Part shown: positions 47,901 to 59,051 of the stretch, one piece after another
How the letters are laid out: every line of letters begins with the position of its first letter
Position numbering within the stretch: the first letter of the stretch is position 1
Assembly (NCBI GenBank): GCA_965240325.2
Contig: OZ251241.1
Location: 868,001-932,000 of the forward strand
Length of the DNA stretch: 64,000 nt
From: Rebecca billardiae RCC1528
Taxonomy: Eukaryota > Protista > Haptophyta
Direction: 5' to 3'
Notes under the pieces: generated by a model
Told to the model about the DNA's origin: nothing
The model's input: the letters and a program-made list of their open reading frames with translations, nothing else
The model's database searches: none
Translations under genes and position numbers: made by a program

Positions 47901-50900
47901 GCGGCGGCGCGGAGGCGGCGCCGCCCTCGGGCACGCACGAGAGCGCCGCGCCCAGCTCGAAGCGCGCGCACGCGTTCTCGAGCACCGTGAGCGCGCCGGT
48001 CGCCGCGTCGACCGCGAGCGCGGCCGAGTCGGTCGAATCATACTCGAGCATGCCTGCCAGCCAGCCGTCGGCCGCGGCGAAGGAGGCGACGTCCGGCAGC
48101 TGCGAGCCGTCGGCGAGGGTGGCGGTGGCGAGCAGCCGGCGCGAGGACGAGCCGCTCACGCCGCTCACCACGCCGCCCGGCGCGGTCGAGCCCAGGCTCA
48201 GCGCCGAGATTGCGATCTCCTCGTCGACCAATCGGATCGCGGCGGCCGCCTCCCAGCCCGCCCACGCCGCGGTGGCGAGCGCGGACTCGGCGGGCGCCCG
48301 GCCCTCGAAGACGCCCGCGTCCGAGCCGAGCGGCACGAGCGCGGACGTGCCCGGCGCGGACCAGCCCACCGCGCTCGCGGGCAGCACGCCGCCGCGCCCG
48401 TCGCTCAGCGCGTAGGCGGCGCGCGCGCGCAGCCGCTGCCAGTCGCCGCCGGCACACGGGATGCGGCGGAGCTCGGCGGTGGGCGCGCAGCCGAGCGTGT
48501 CGAGCGCGCTCGACGGGTACGGCGCGCCGGCGCACACGCTGAGCGCGCGCAGCCGCACAACGGGCACCACCAGCGTCGCCGGCGCGAGGCCGAGCGCGGC
48601 CATCCCCACCGTCACGTTGAGCTCCGCGCACGGCGCGCCCGCGCGCACGCGCACGATCCACGAGCCGCTACCGCCGCCATCGTCGCGCGAGAGCTCGGCG
48701 CACGCCGCGCTCGCGCCGCCGAGGGTGGCGTTGAGCCGCGCGTCGGCGGAGAGGTCGCGCACCTCCTCCTCGCCCGGCGCGTCCTCGCGCGCAAACGTGA
48801 CGCGCGCGACCACCGCGAACTCCGTCGGCAGTGACACGGGCGACGCGGCGGCGGCGTCATCCGGAGGCGCGACGCCCGCCTCCGCGTCGCCGCTCGCGCC
48901 GAGCGCCAAGCCGGTCGCGACGGGCAGGTCAAGCCTGATCAGCGCCTCGGCGGTGGCGAGCGGCGCGGCGCAGCCCGCGGGCGTCCACTCCGCGCGGACG
49001 AGCGGCGCGCACGCGCCGACCGCGCCCGCCGCCACGGTGAGCGTCCACGCATCTCCCGCAATCTCGAGATCGAGATCTGGCGTGAGCGCCGTCAGTGCGA
49101 GCTCGGACGGCGGCACCGCGATCGCGCGGCTCGCGTTCGCGCCGGCGCCGTCGTACTCGGCCCAGCCGAGCACGCGCGCGCTCTCGCCCTCGAAGCGCAG
49201 CGTCTGCTCCAGCGTCGCCACCGCGCGCACCGCCGCCTCGTCGCCGCCCTCGCCGCCCGTGAGGTCCAGCGAAACGGCCGACACCGCCACCAGCGAGAGA
49301 GTAACGGCCGAGCTGGCGCTTGTAACGGTCACGGGCGCGGGCGCGACGACGGCGGCGTCGGCGCCGTCGAGCCGCACGAGCGCGTCGCCGGGGGCGACGC
49401 CGCGCACGTGCACGAAGCCCGCGCCCGTCGCCTCCACCGCCGCGACCGCGCCATCGCTCACGCCGAGCTGCCCCGCCACGCGCCTCGTCAGGTCGAGCGC
49501 CGCAGTCGTCGGCAGCCCGGCGCCGCCCAGCCGCGCGAGGACGCGCGCGCGCGCGCGCTGGAAGTGAGCGGCGCACGAGGGCGCGGCCTCGAGCACGCCG
49601 TCGTCGAGCTGCACCGCGGCGGACTGCACGGCCCACACCTGCAGCGGCACGAGGGCCACCTCGGCGCCGTCCGCTTCGCGCGTCACGCGCACGTCGACGC
49701 GCGCGGCGCCGGACCGCTGCGCCGCGCCCGCTCGCACGGACGCGCACGAGTCGACGACGAGGACGTCGGCCGCCGCCGCGGGCTCGGCGGGCGCGCAGGA
49801 GTAGCCGCTCAGCGCGAGCGAGCCGAGCCCCGTCGCCGCGCGCGCGCGCGCCGCGGTCAGCCCCAGCCCCGCGCTCGCCGCGCTCGGCGCGCCGCTCAGG
49901 GCGCCATCGTTGAGCAGAACCGCCGCAGGCTCGGCGCTCGCAAACACGCCGATGATGGCGTTGGCCTCGACGGTGAGCGAGGCGGTGGTCTGGCCGGGCG
50001 CGAGGTCGGAGCCGTCGGTGACGCTCATCGGCGCGGCGCTGAGGTACTCGAACGCGGGGAATGTCGTCATGCGCACCACCTCGCCACTCAGCGCGCCCGA
50101 GTACTCGCCCGCGCTCGCGCCCGCGCGCACGCGCAGTCTCAGTGTGAGCACAGCGAGATCGTCCGAGGTCACCTGCGCGGCGCCCACGCCCGCGGCGACG
50201 TCGAAGACGTTGACCCGCACCGTGTCGCTGAACTCGAGGCGGTTGACGTTCGCGAGGAACAGCCCGCCCACCTGCACGTCCGCGTTCGTGTCGCCCGCCG
50301 CCAGCTCGAGCACCGCCGCGTCAAATCTGAGCGTGATCTCCCACGCGCGCAAAGGCACGCCACCCGTGTGCGCGCGCACGCTCACGGTGAACGTGTCGCC
50401 GGCGAAGACGGGCGCGGAGGCGAAGGCGGCGCGCATGCCCGCCGCGCTCATCGGCGGCTCGTGCACCGGCGTGCGCGCCACGCTGAGCGCGCCGCCCAGC
50501 ACCGCCGACGCCACCTCCTCCTCGCTGTACAGGACTCGGAGGTCGGCGCTCGCGCTCCGCGCCGCCGCGGTGCTGAACCAGCCGGCCGGGAAGTTTCCGG
50601 AGCATTCGCCGATGCCCGTGGTGGCGCTCGGCGTGGCGCACGAGAGCGCGCGCGTCGCGGTGGGCAGGTCGTCGCGCGAGAGCGTCGCGCGCACGCTCAG
50701 CCCCGAGCGCAGCACCGCCGTCCGCCCCGCCGCGTCGCGCAGCTGGAACGCCAGACGCACGGCCGTGCGCGTCGCGTAGCCAACCGCCGTCCTGACGAGC
50801 GCTCGGACCTCGGCCGCGCGCGCGCGCGGCGCGGTGCGCGAGCTGGAGGCGAAGGTGACGGCGGCGAGCGACGTGTCGACCGTGACGGTCGAGCCCGGCG

Positions 50901-52416
50901 CGAGTGCGAACAGCCCGCCGAACGCGCGCGACTGCTCCGCGCCGCCGCTCCCCGCCTCGCTGCCGTCCAGCGCGAGGGCCTGCTCTGAGCCGAGCCGCGC
51001 GCGCGCGCCCGCGACGAGCTGCGTCGGGTCGCGGCAGAAGGCTGGCGGCGGCGGCGGCGGGGCGGAGGGCGGCGAGGGCGGCGGCGAGGGCGGCGGCGGC
51101 GGCGAGGGCGGCGGCGAGGGCGGTGGCGGCGGCGGCGGCGAGGGCGGCGGCGGCGAGGGCGGCGGCGACGGTGGTGGCGACGGCGGCGGCGAAGGCGGCG
51201 GGGATGGTGGCGGCGAGGGCGGCGGCGAGGGCGGCGGGCTCGGCGGCGGCAAAGGCGGCGGGCTCGGCGGCGGCGAGGGCGGCGGGCTGGGCGGCGGGCT
51301 GGGCGGCGGGCTGGGCGGCGGGCTCGGCGGCGGGCTCGGCGGCGGGCTCGGCGGCGGGCTCGGCGGCGGCTGGAAGCACGACGCGATCGGCTCCGGAAAC
51401 TCGTGCGCGCACGCGCCGCTGCCCTTGCCCGCGCCCACCGTCCCCATCGAGAAGCCTGCGAGCGGCTGCGTCGTGTTGACGGTGCGCATGGCGTAGACGT
51501 GCAGCTGCTCGTACACGAGCTCGAACGTGCCCGCCGGGCGGAACGGCTCGCCCACGCCGCCGCCGTTCCGCAGCACGAGCTGCACCGCGAAGCTCGAGCC
51601 GCAGCCCGACGCGGCCTCGTCGCAGCACGCATCCGCCAGGCTGGCTGAGAAGAGACAACGGTGGTCGGCGACGCGGTCCCAGACGAAGAGCGCGTGGTCC
51701 TCGTGCACGCGCGCGTGCACCTCGTTGTTGAAGTCGTACAGCAGCGGGATGAACTCCCACGAGTCGTCGCCCACCAGCGCGAAGTGCCACATCGGCGCGA
51801 TCAGCGGCCGCGAGCGCAGCTCGGCGAGGTTGGGGTAGCGCGCCTGCAGCACGCCCGACGGGTCCGCGGACGGGAGGAGCTGGACGAAGCCGGAGGAGGA
51901 GACCTGCACGTGCGAGTAGTTGGCGCCGCCGTACGGGAACGGCGTGTCCAGCGCCACGATCGCCGACGGCGAGCCCGGGTCGCCGCCGATGCCGGACATG
52001 GCGAGGGGGCTGAGGCCCGCGTGCGCGCACGCGTCGCCGCTCGTGCCGTCCGCGTCGAGCGAGAGGCCGCCGAAGCGGAGGTCGCTGCACTCGGAGGGCG
52101 CGACGAGGTCGTACGTGCACACGTCGTAGTCCGCCGCGCCGCGCGGTGTGAAGCGGCGCACGCTGCGCGCGAGGCCCGCGTCGTCGGGCACGAGCCGCGA
52201 CGACGCATCGGGCGGCGGCGGGCACGTCTCGCCCGCCGGGCAGTACTCGTCGATGTCGGCGTAGGTGAGGCCGACGCACTCGCCAAAGTGGCCCGTTGCC
52301 GACACCTCGCGCGGTGCGCAGCACAGCGCGAGGAGCACGCCGCTGGCGCTGACGATGCGTTGTAACCGTCGTCGCATCGTCATCGGTGGGCGTCTTGAAG
52401 GCGCGTCCATCCTCAT
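31184..52416 (-). CDS. Giant (~7027 aa) multi-pass membrane protein: signal peptide, NIDO-like domain, 2 x [cohesin-like, Ig-like (TMEM132-like), cohesin-like, dockerin-like], SPPP linkers, ~10 TM segments, C-terminal coiled coil; intron 31953-32101
   Basis: A 20.3-kb open first exon. A GTGCGC...CAG intron joins RQQ(D) to ETARALLDAVN in frame, with the stop at 31184. Motifs: FPYGGANYSHVQVSSSGFV...LIAPMW (NIDO); LRAWEITLRFDAAVL, LRAFGLFVEFDPSVL, LRLYQLEIAYNADVL (cohesin-like); GDLDGDGVASARDLL and GDGDGDCAFTSYDVL...DATRDGALALADALYL (dockerin-like). Confidence 0.85.
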
Positions 52417-53240
52417 TCTATACTGTTACCGTGCGTTTTGATGGGTCAGACGTTCTGACGAAGCCGTTGACCCGTTAGTGGTTCGCGTGTTTACTGGGTG
52501 CTTGAATGGGAGCGTTCTGAACGGTCATCGATTTATCACTCCGGCTCGCGAACAGATTACCGTTACGCAGTGCGGTACGCCTCGGGCCGCCGGCGCCAAG
52601 GAAAACTTACCCCTGATGGGTACCCAGGTATTTTACATATGGGAAAATCAAATGCAAAGATTCTATTTGGACTCCCTGATGCCAGTGATTTGCCGGACCA
52701 GCAGTCATGCAGTGGTGAGCACAGCGGCGCTCCGTGCCGCAGGCGCGCACTCGGGTCCCGCTGCCGGCAATACTCAGCAGCCGTCAGCCTTGAGGGCCTT
52801 GAGGTACTGTCGCAGGCGGGCATGACGACGACCGGAGTCGGCATTTGCCTTGCAGCAGTCGTTGACTGACTCCGTCTCCAGGACAGACGGGACACGTCAC
52901 ACTGAGCAGCGGCAACTCGAGTCCCGCCATCGGCCACTTCTCAGCCCCCCCGCGCGTGGGGCGCAGCCATACACGCAGGGCATGCAGTACGCACGCGGCC
53001 CGCCGGCTGGCAGCTGCGCCCGGCCGCGTGCGTCACGCTGCTCTCCACCGGGCAGCGCGACGAGCGCTGCGCCCAGCAGGCCGTCGTCAGGCCGTCGTCA
53101 CGCACACACGCGCGCACACGGGGCCGGGCGCTGCCCCCGCGGCCGCGCGCTCGCTCGCCCAGCGGCCAGCCCACCAGCTGGGGCAGCGGCGGCCCGCGCG
53201 GCCGGGCGGCTGGCGCGGAGCGCGGGCGCCGAGCGTGTGC

Positions 53241-55391
53241 TCACGCGCCGGCGCCGAAGGCGAGCAGGCCCGTGCCGCTCGCCACGACCAGCTGCTGCGC
53301 GTCCGTCGCGAACGCCACGCGCACCACCGCCCCAGGCTCGAACGAGCAGAGCGGCTCCCACGACTTGGTCGAGAGAACGCGCGCGCCCCTCCCGCCGCCG
53401 GCCGCGAGGAACTGCGCAGAGTCGTCGAAGCGGACGCTCGCGGCGACGCCCGCGCCCTCCTCCCCGAGCGTGCGGAAGCTGGTCAGCTTGCGCAGGTCCC
53501 ACAGCTGCGCGGCGCGCGCGGCGCGAGGGCGCGCGGCGCGTGAGCGCGGTGCAGACTCGCGACCGCTTGCGCGACCGGCGCGAGCGAGCGCGCGCCGGCG
53601 GTGCGCCGCGCGCCGCCGCGGCGCAGCGCCGGCGCACCTTCACGATGCCCGAGCTGTCGGCCGTGGCGAGGTGGTACCCGTTCTCCGAGAACGCGAGCCC
53701 GCTGATCGCGCTGCCGTGCGCGTCCTCGAACGACGCGGCGTTGCTCAGCGACTTGACGTCCCAGATCCTGACCGCGCCGTCGACCGCGCCGGTCGCGGCC
53801 AAGAGGCCATCCGGGTGGAAAGCGCCGGAGCTGAGTCCGGCCGTTCCGGGCGCGCGCGCGCCCGCGGCGGGGCGGCCCTCGCCGAGCGCGAGCAGCGCGA
53901 AGGTGCCGTCGAGCGAGGTGCTCATCAGGTACTCGCCCGTCGCGTGCAGCGCCAGCGCCGTCACCGCCGCGGAGTGCACACTCACGCTGTGCGCACACGA
54001 GCCGACTGCGCGGCGCGGCGCGGCGCGGCGCGGCGCGGCGCGGCGCGGCAAGGCACGGCGCGGCGCGGCAAGGCAAGGCGCACGGGGGCGAGTCACGCCT
54101 CGGCTGCGGGTCGCGCACGGCGCGCGCGGGGGGGGCGCGCCGCGCGGGGCGGCGGGCCGCGCCGCGCGCACCCAGCTGCTCGTCCACGCCCCACAGCTTG
54201 ACCACCGCGTCGTCGCCGGCAGAGCACACCAGCGCGCGCGAGCGGTGAACGAGGACGTCGCGCACCGCGCCGCCGTGCGCGCCCGCCGCGGCGAAGCTGG
54301 CGGAGGCGCCGGTGGCGGCATTGACGAGGGCGACGGTGCCGTCGGACGCGCCGATCGCGGCGCACACGCTCCACCCCGCCGAGCCCTGCGCCCCGGGCGG
54401 CGCGAGCCCGGCGCCCGCCGCCGCGACGTCCATTGCCGTGAGGGTGGCGCCAGCGCCGAGCGCCTGCGGCGCCGTTGCGCCAAGCTGCGTGTACGCACCC
54501 ACGGCGGCGGGCGTGGCGCACGAGGCGGGCGGCGGGCGCTTCTTGCGGCCCTTGGAGAGGCGCTTGGCCGTCGCCTCGAACTCCTCGATCGTCGACGGCG
54601 GCAGCGCGCCGGCCAAGCCCGCCGCGGCCGCCGGCTGCGCGGCCGGCTGCGGCGCGCCACCCGTCACCGCCGCAGCCGCGGCATCGCCTGTCCGCGTGCG
54701 CTTGGCCGGGTGTCCGGCAGCGTCGGCGGCGATGGCGCCGGGCGGCGCGGTCTCTAGCGCCCTGCGCGCCTCGTCGCGCTCCTGCGTCAGCCGCGCGATC
54801 ACGCGGCACGCCGCGTCGTGCTGGTACAGCGCGTGCGCGAGCTCCTTGCGCGCGGTCTCCAGCTGGGCTTTGAGCTCGAACGATTCGAGCATCAGCGCGT
54901 CCCACTCGGCGTGGAGCAGGGAGAGCATGCCCGGGATGGAGGTGGCGGAGGGCGGGCGCGGTTTGACCACCGTGCTGTCTGCTCGCCGCCGCCGCCGCGC
55001 GCGCGCGCGCGCGCAGCGTGACGCCCGGGTCAGCAGCCTGTGCGCGCGCGCGGCGCTCGGCGCGCGCGGGCACGCGCGCGCGCACTCTGCAGGGGGAGCA
55101 GGTCGTCGAGGGTGAGCTCCTCGCCGGTGACGGGGCATTTGCCCGTGCTCTCAACGTACTTCTCCACCAGCCCCTTCTCGAAGACGTGCCCCGTCTTCCT
55201 CGAGGCCACGGGCACATCGGGCGTATGGCCGGAGACTGGTCGCACAGCGCCGCAAGCGCGCGCGCGCGCCGCGCAGCCGCAAGCGCCACGGCGGTGAGCG
55301 CCGAAGGGTGGGCCACGGTGGCCGAGTGCAGAGAGGCGGGCGCAGCGGCAAGCGCACACGCGCGGCGCGCGCGCGCACTCGCGCAGAACAT
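53241..55391 (-). CDS. PRP19: Pre-mRNA-processing factor 19 (U-box, coiled coil, WD40); introns 55236-55378, 54979-55085, 54006-54171, 53505-53637
   Basis: The spliced product reads [32 protein letters not shown]...[27 protein letters not shown]...[19 protein letters not shown]...FHPDG...[11 protein letters not shown]...VKLWDLRKL, all hallmark Prp19 motifs. Four in-frame GT-AG introns. Confidence 0.95.
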
Positions 55392-55599
55392 GGCCGCCTC
55401 GTCAGTGTCGTGCGCGCGGTACTCGCGCGAGGCCAGTAGTCGCGTCGTCTTCGGCAGAACGATGGCGGCGTTCCCGCTCCGATGTGCAGCTCTTGCTTGT
55501 GAGCTGAGTCTCGGAGATGTTCCGAAAAATCACAAATCCATCACCTTTTTATTTGAACTCGGCCGCAGCATGGCGTGACCGAGACCAACGGTAGGGCAA

Positions 55600-58500
55600 A
55601 TGCCCAGGCGTGTGAAGGTGCTCGACACGGAGTCGCTGCTGAGCAATGCCGTGCAGCGCGGCCTGAATGGCGGCGGCACGCCGCGCGCCGCACCGCGCGT
55701 GCCGACCACGCCGCCGCCCACCGCGGCCGTCGACGCGCAGCACTGGCCGCACGGCGACGACGGCAGCGCGCCCGACACGCCGCGCGGCGTGACGGACGAG
55801 GAGCTCGACGGGCTGCTCGCGCGGCACGACGACGCGGCGGCGTCGACGCGCTCGGTGCTCGATGCGATCCGCGCCGCGCGCTCCCGCGCCGCGCCGAGCG
55901 CCGATGCCGACGAGGCCGCGGAGCTCGCGCGCCTGCTCGATGAGGCCGTCTCGCAGCTCGAGTCGTGGCTGGCGCTCGGCGCAGACTACCTGCGCTCGGT
56001 GCACCAGCTGGAGGGCCTGTGCGCCGAGTACGTCGAGCTGCACAGGCAGCTCACGCGCGCCGCCTCGGCCGACGCGCGGGACGCGGACCGCCCCGACGCG
56101 CGTGCGACCGCGCTCGAGCTGGCGGATGCGATTGCTCCGACGGCCGAGGCGGCGCGCGCGCAGGAGGAGGCGCGCGCGGCGCGCGGCGAGGCGGAGGCGG
56201 CGCGCGCGGCGCTCGACGGCGCGCGCGCGGCGGCGGCCGAGGCGGCCGCGCACTCACACCGCCTCGAGGCCGAGCTCGCGCGCGTGCGCGACGAGCGCCG
56301 CGCCGCGCCGTCGCCGCGCGCCGCCGATGCGGTCGGCGCGACGCCTGAAGCCAGGGGACGGACCGCGGCGGCGGCGGCGGCCGAGAGCGGGCTCCGCCAC
56401 GGCCTGGCTCCGGCCGACGGCGAGGGCGGGCGCACGGGCGAGGGCGGCGCGAGGCCCGCCCTCGACGACGCCGCGGCCGCCGCGCGCGAGCGCGTGTATC
56501 TCGGCGCAATCTCGGAGGCGGAGGAGGAGGCGCGGCGCGCGGCAGCCACTTCGCTCGAGGCAGTTGGCACGGCGGCGGCGGCGCGCGCGGCGCGGGAGAG
56601 CGCGCAGGCGCGCGCGGCGGCGCTCGAGGGGCAGCTGCGGGCGGCGAGCGAGGCGGCCGAGGCGGCGGCGGCCGACGCGGCGAGCGTGCGCACCCGGCTG
56701 GAGGCGGCAGAGGCGGAGGCGGAGCGAGCGCGCGCAGACGCGCGCGCCGCGGCCGCGGCGCGCGCGCATGCGTCATCGATTGATGCGGACATCGCTGCGG
56801 CGCGCGCGCAGGCGCACGCGGCGACGCAGCGAGCGGAGGCGGCGGAGGCGGCGCTCGCCGCCGCGCGCGAGCAGCACGCCACCGAGCTCGGCCGCGTCAG
56901 CGCCGAGGCGGAGGTGTCGCGCGCGCGCGCGCTCGCGGGCGCGGCTGCGGGCGCGGACGCAGAGCGCGCCGGCCTAGCGGCCTTCCAAGCGGCGCTGGCG
57001 GAGGCGGCGGCGCGCTGGCGGGCGGGCGCGGAGGTGGAGGCGGCGGGCCGCGCGCACGAGGCGGTGCAGGCCGTGCACGCCCGCGTGCAGCACGAGGCGA
57101 GCGCGGCGGTGCTCGCGCTCGGCCAGAAGCTCTCGGCCGACGCCGACGGCGCGGCCGAGCGCGTGCAGCAAGCGCTTGAATCTCAGCTCGATCTCGTCCT
57201 AAATCGCATGGCGGAGGCGGAGGCGAGGGCGCGCGAGCGGCGGGAGCACGCGCTGGCCGAGGCGGCGACGCGGCTGAGCGCGCTCGTCTCGGACTCGCGC
57301 GACGCGCTGCTCAACCTCGACGAGCGGCTGCTGCAGCAGATTGCGCTGGTGAGCCGCCGCGCACGCGCGGCGCGCGCACGCGCGGCGCGCGGCGCGCGGC
57401 GCGCGCGGCGCGCGTGGCGCGCGCGAGGCGTGCTGCGCGGTGTGCGCGGCTCGTGATGTGCCGTGCTTGTGCTACGCGCGCGCGCGGCGCACGCGCGGCG
57501 GCCGCTCGCGCGGACACGCGCTCCCGCCGCCCGCCGTGCGGCGCGCCTGTCACCTGCCACCTCCGCGCGCGCTGCTTCTCGCCCCACACTGACCCGCCCG
57601 CTTGCTGCTGACCCGCCCGCTTGCTGCTGACCCGCCCGCTTGCTGCTGACCCGCCCGCTTGCTGCTGACCCGCCCGCTTGCTGCTGACCCGCCCGCTTGC
57701 TGCTGACCCGCCCGCTTGCTGCTGACCCGCCCGCTTGCTGCTCGCCCGCCCCCTCGGTGCTCCAGGCGCAGCAGGAGGCGGGCGCCAGGCTGATGGGGGC
57801 CCACGCCGAGGTGACGCGCGCGCACCGCGAGTCCTTGCTGGCGGAGCGTCGCTCGATGGAGCAGGCCGTACTGGGCGCGGTGACGGAGTTGCAGGTGCGT
57901 GCGCGCTCGGCCGCTCGCGGTCGCGCGGGCGGGGGCACGCCACGCGCGCGCGCACTGCGGGCGCGGCGCGCTCGACTCCGCTGCGCGGCTACGCCCCCTG
58001 CGCCGCTGCCCCGCCGCGCACACATGCCGCGGCCACAGGCGAGCGCGCGTGAGCGGGCGGCGAGCACACCGGAGCGTGCCCAGGCGTTCACCCCACCGCC
58101 GCCGGTGCGAGCGGTGGCCCAGCTCCCGGCGTCCGCGCGCGAGGCGCACGCTGCGGCGGGCTGCGGCGCCCACACCCGGAGCGCAGACGCCGCTCTGCCC
58201 TCGATCCTCGGGGCCGCGCTCTCGCCCTCTGCGACGGGGCCACCCGTCGAGGTGCGCATGCAACCACGGACCCCGACGACCACGCCGGTCGCCACGCCCA
58301 CGCCGGGGCGACACAGCCCTGTGCCTGCCGCACCGGCCACACCCGTCGGCGCGGCGAGTCTCGCCAGCTGTCGGGCCGTGGCCGCAGAGCTCGCGGCCGC
58401 GGGCTCGACGGAGCCGAGTGCCGCCGCTGCGAGCATCATGGTGGGACGGCCCGCGCTGTGCGGTACTCGGCCCACCCCTGAGCCCACCGCCACGGACGGC

Positions 58501-58869
58501 CATGCCAGCGGGACTCTGCCTCAAGTGCCAGGCTCGCTGCCTGGCACACGGCCGCACTCGCCAGCGCGCGCACTGCTGGACCCGCCACAGTCGGTGCACG
58601 CCGCCGGGCACGCAGCTGCGACGGCGCATGGCTGCGCCTCGCCGCCCCCGCCCCCGCCGCTCCTGCCCGTCTCCGCGCGCACCATCAGCCTGAGGCTGGA
58701 GACCGAATCGTTCGTGCGCGACACGCGCAAGCAGTGCCTGCTCGAGCCAGCGGCGGCAGGGACGACGACGCCGGCGGGGCCCACGGCACAGCCGCCTGCC
58801 TTCTCGGGCTCGCCGTCCGTCAGGGCGTGCGGGGACGTACGGCGCAGCCCACCACGCGCCACCGCGTAG
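55600..58869 (+). CDS. Hypothetical long coiled-coil protein with Pro-rich C-terminus; introns 57349-57765 and 57895-58038
   Basis: Ala/Glu/Arg heptad-rich ORF. GTGAGC...CAG and GTGCGT...CAG introns keep the frame to the TAG at 58869. Divergent from PRP19. Confidence 0.7.
57589..57740 (+). repeat. Intronic minisatellite, 8 x CTGACCCGCCCGCTTGCTG (19 bp)
   Basis: Eight perfect tandem units ending 25 nt before the 3' splice site. Confidence 0.95.
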
Positions 58870-59051
58870 CAGTCAACTCCGCCTGCTATGTATAATATAT
58901 ATATATATATAAGTAATCGTCGTAGTAGTCCGAAATGCTGACGATGATTAGATGATGATGAATTCAGATGATATATTCGCGCCTGCTGCTAGCTATATAC
59001 GGCGCGTACGACTGCTGACGACAGTCTGGCGACGAGTGCGGGCGGCGGCCG

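Noticed and set aside
31184-52416. True cellulosome scaffoldin or bacterial contamination
   Set aside because: No catalytic CAZyme or CBM module was recognised. The gene has a spliceosomal intron, host-like composition and eukaryotic SPPP tracts.
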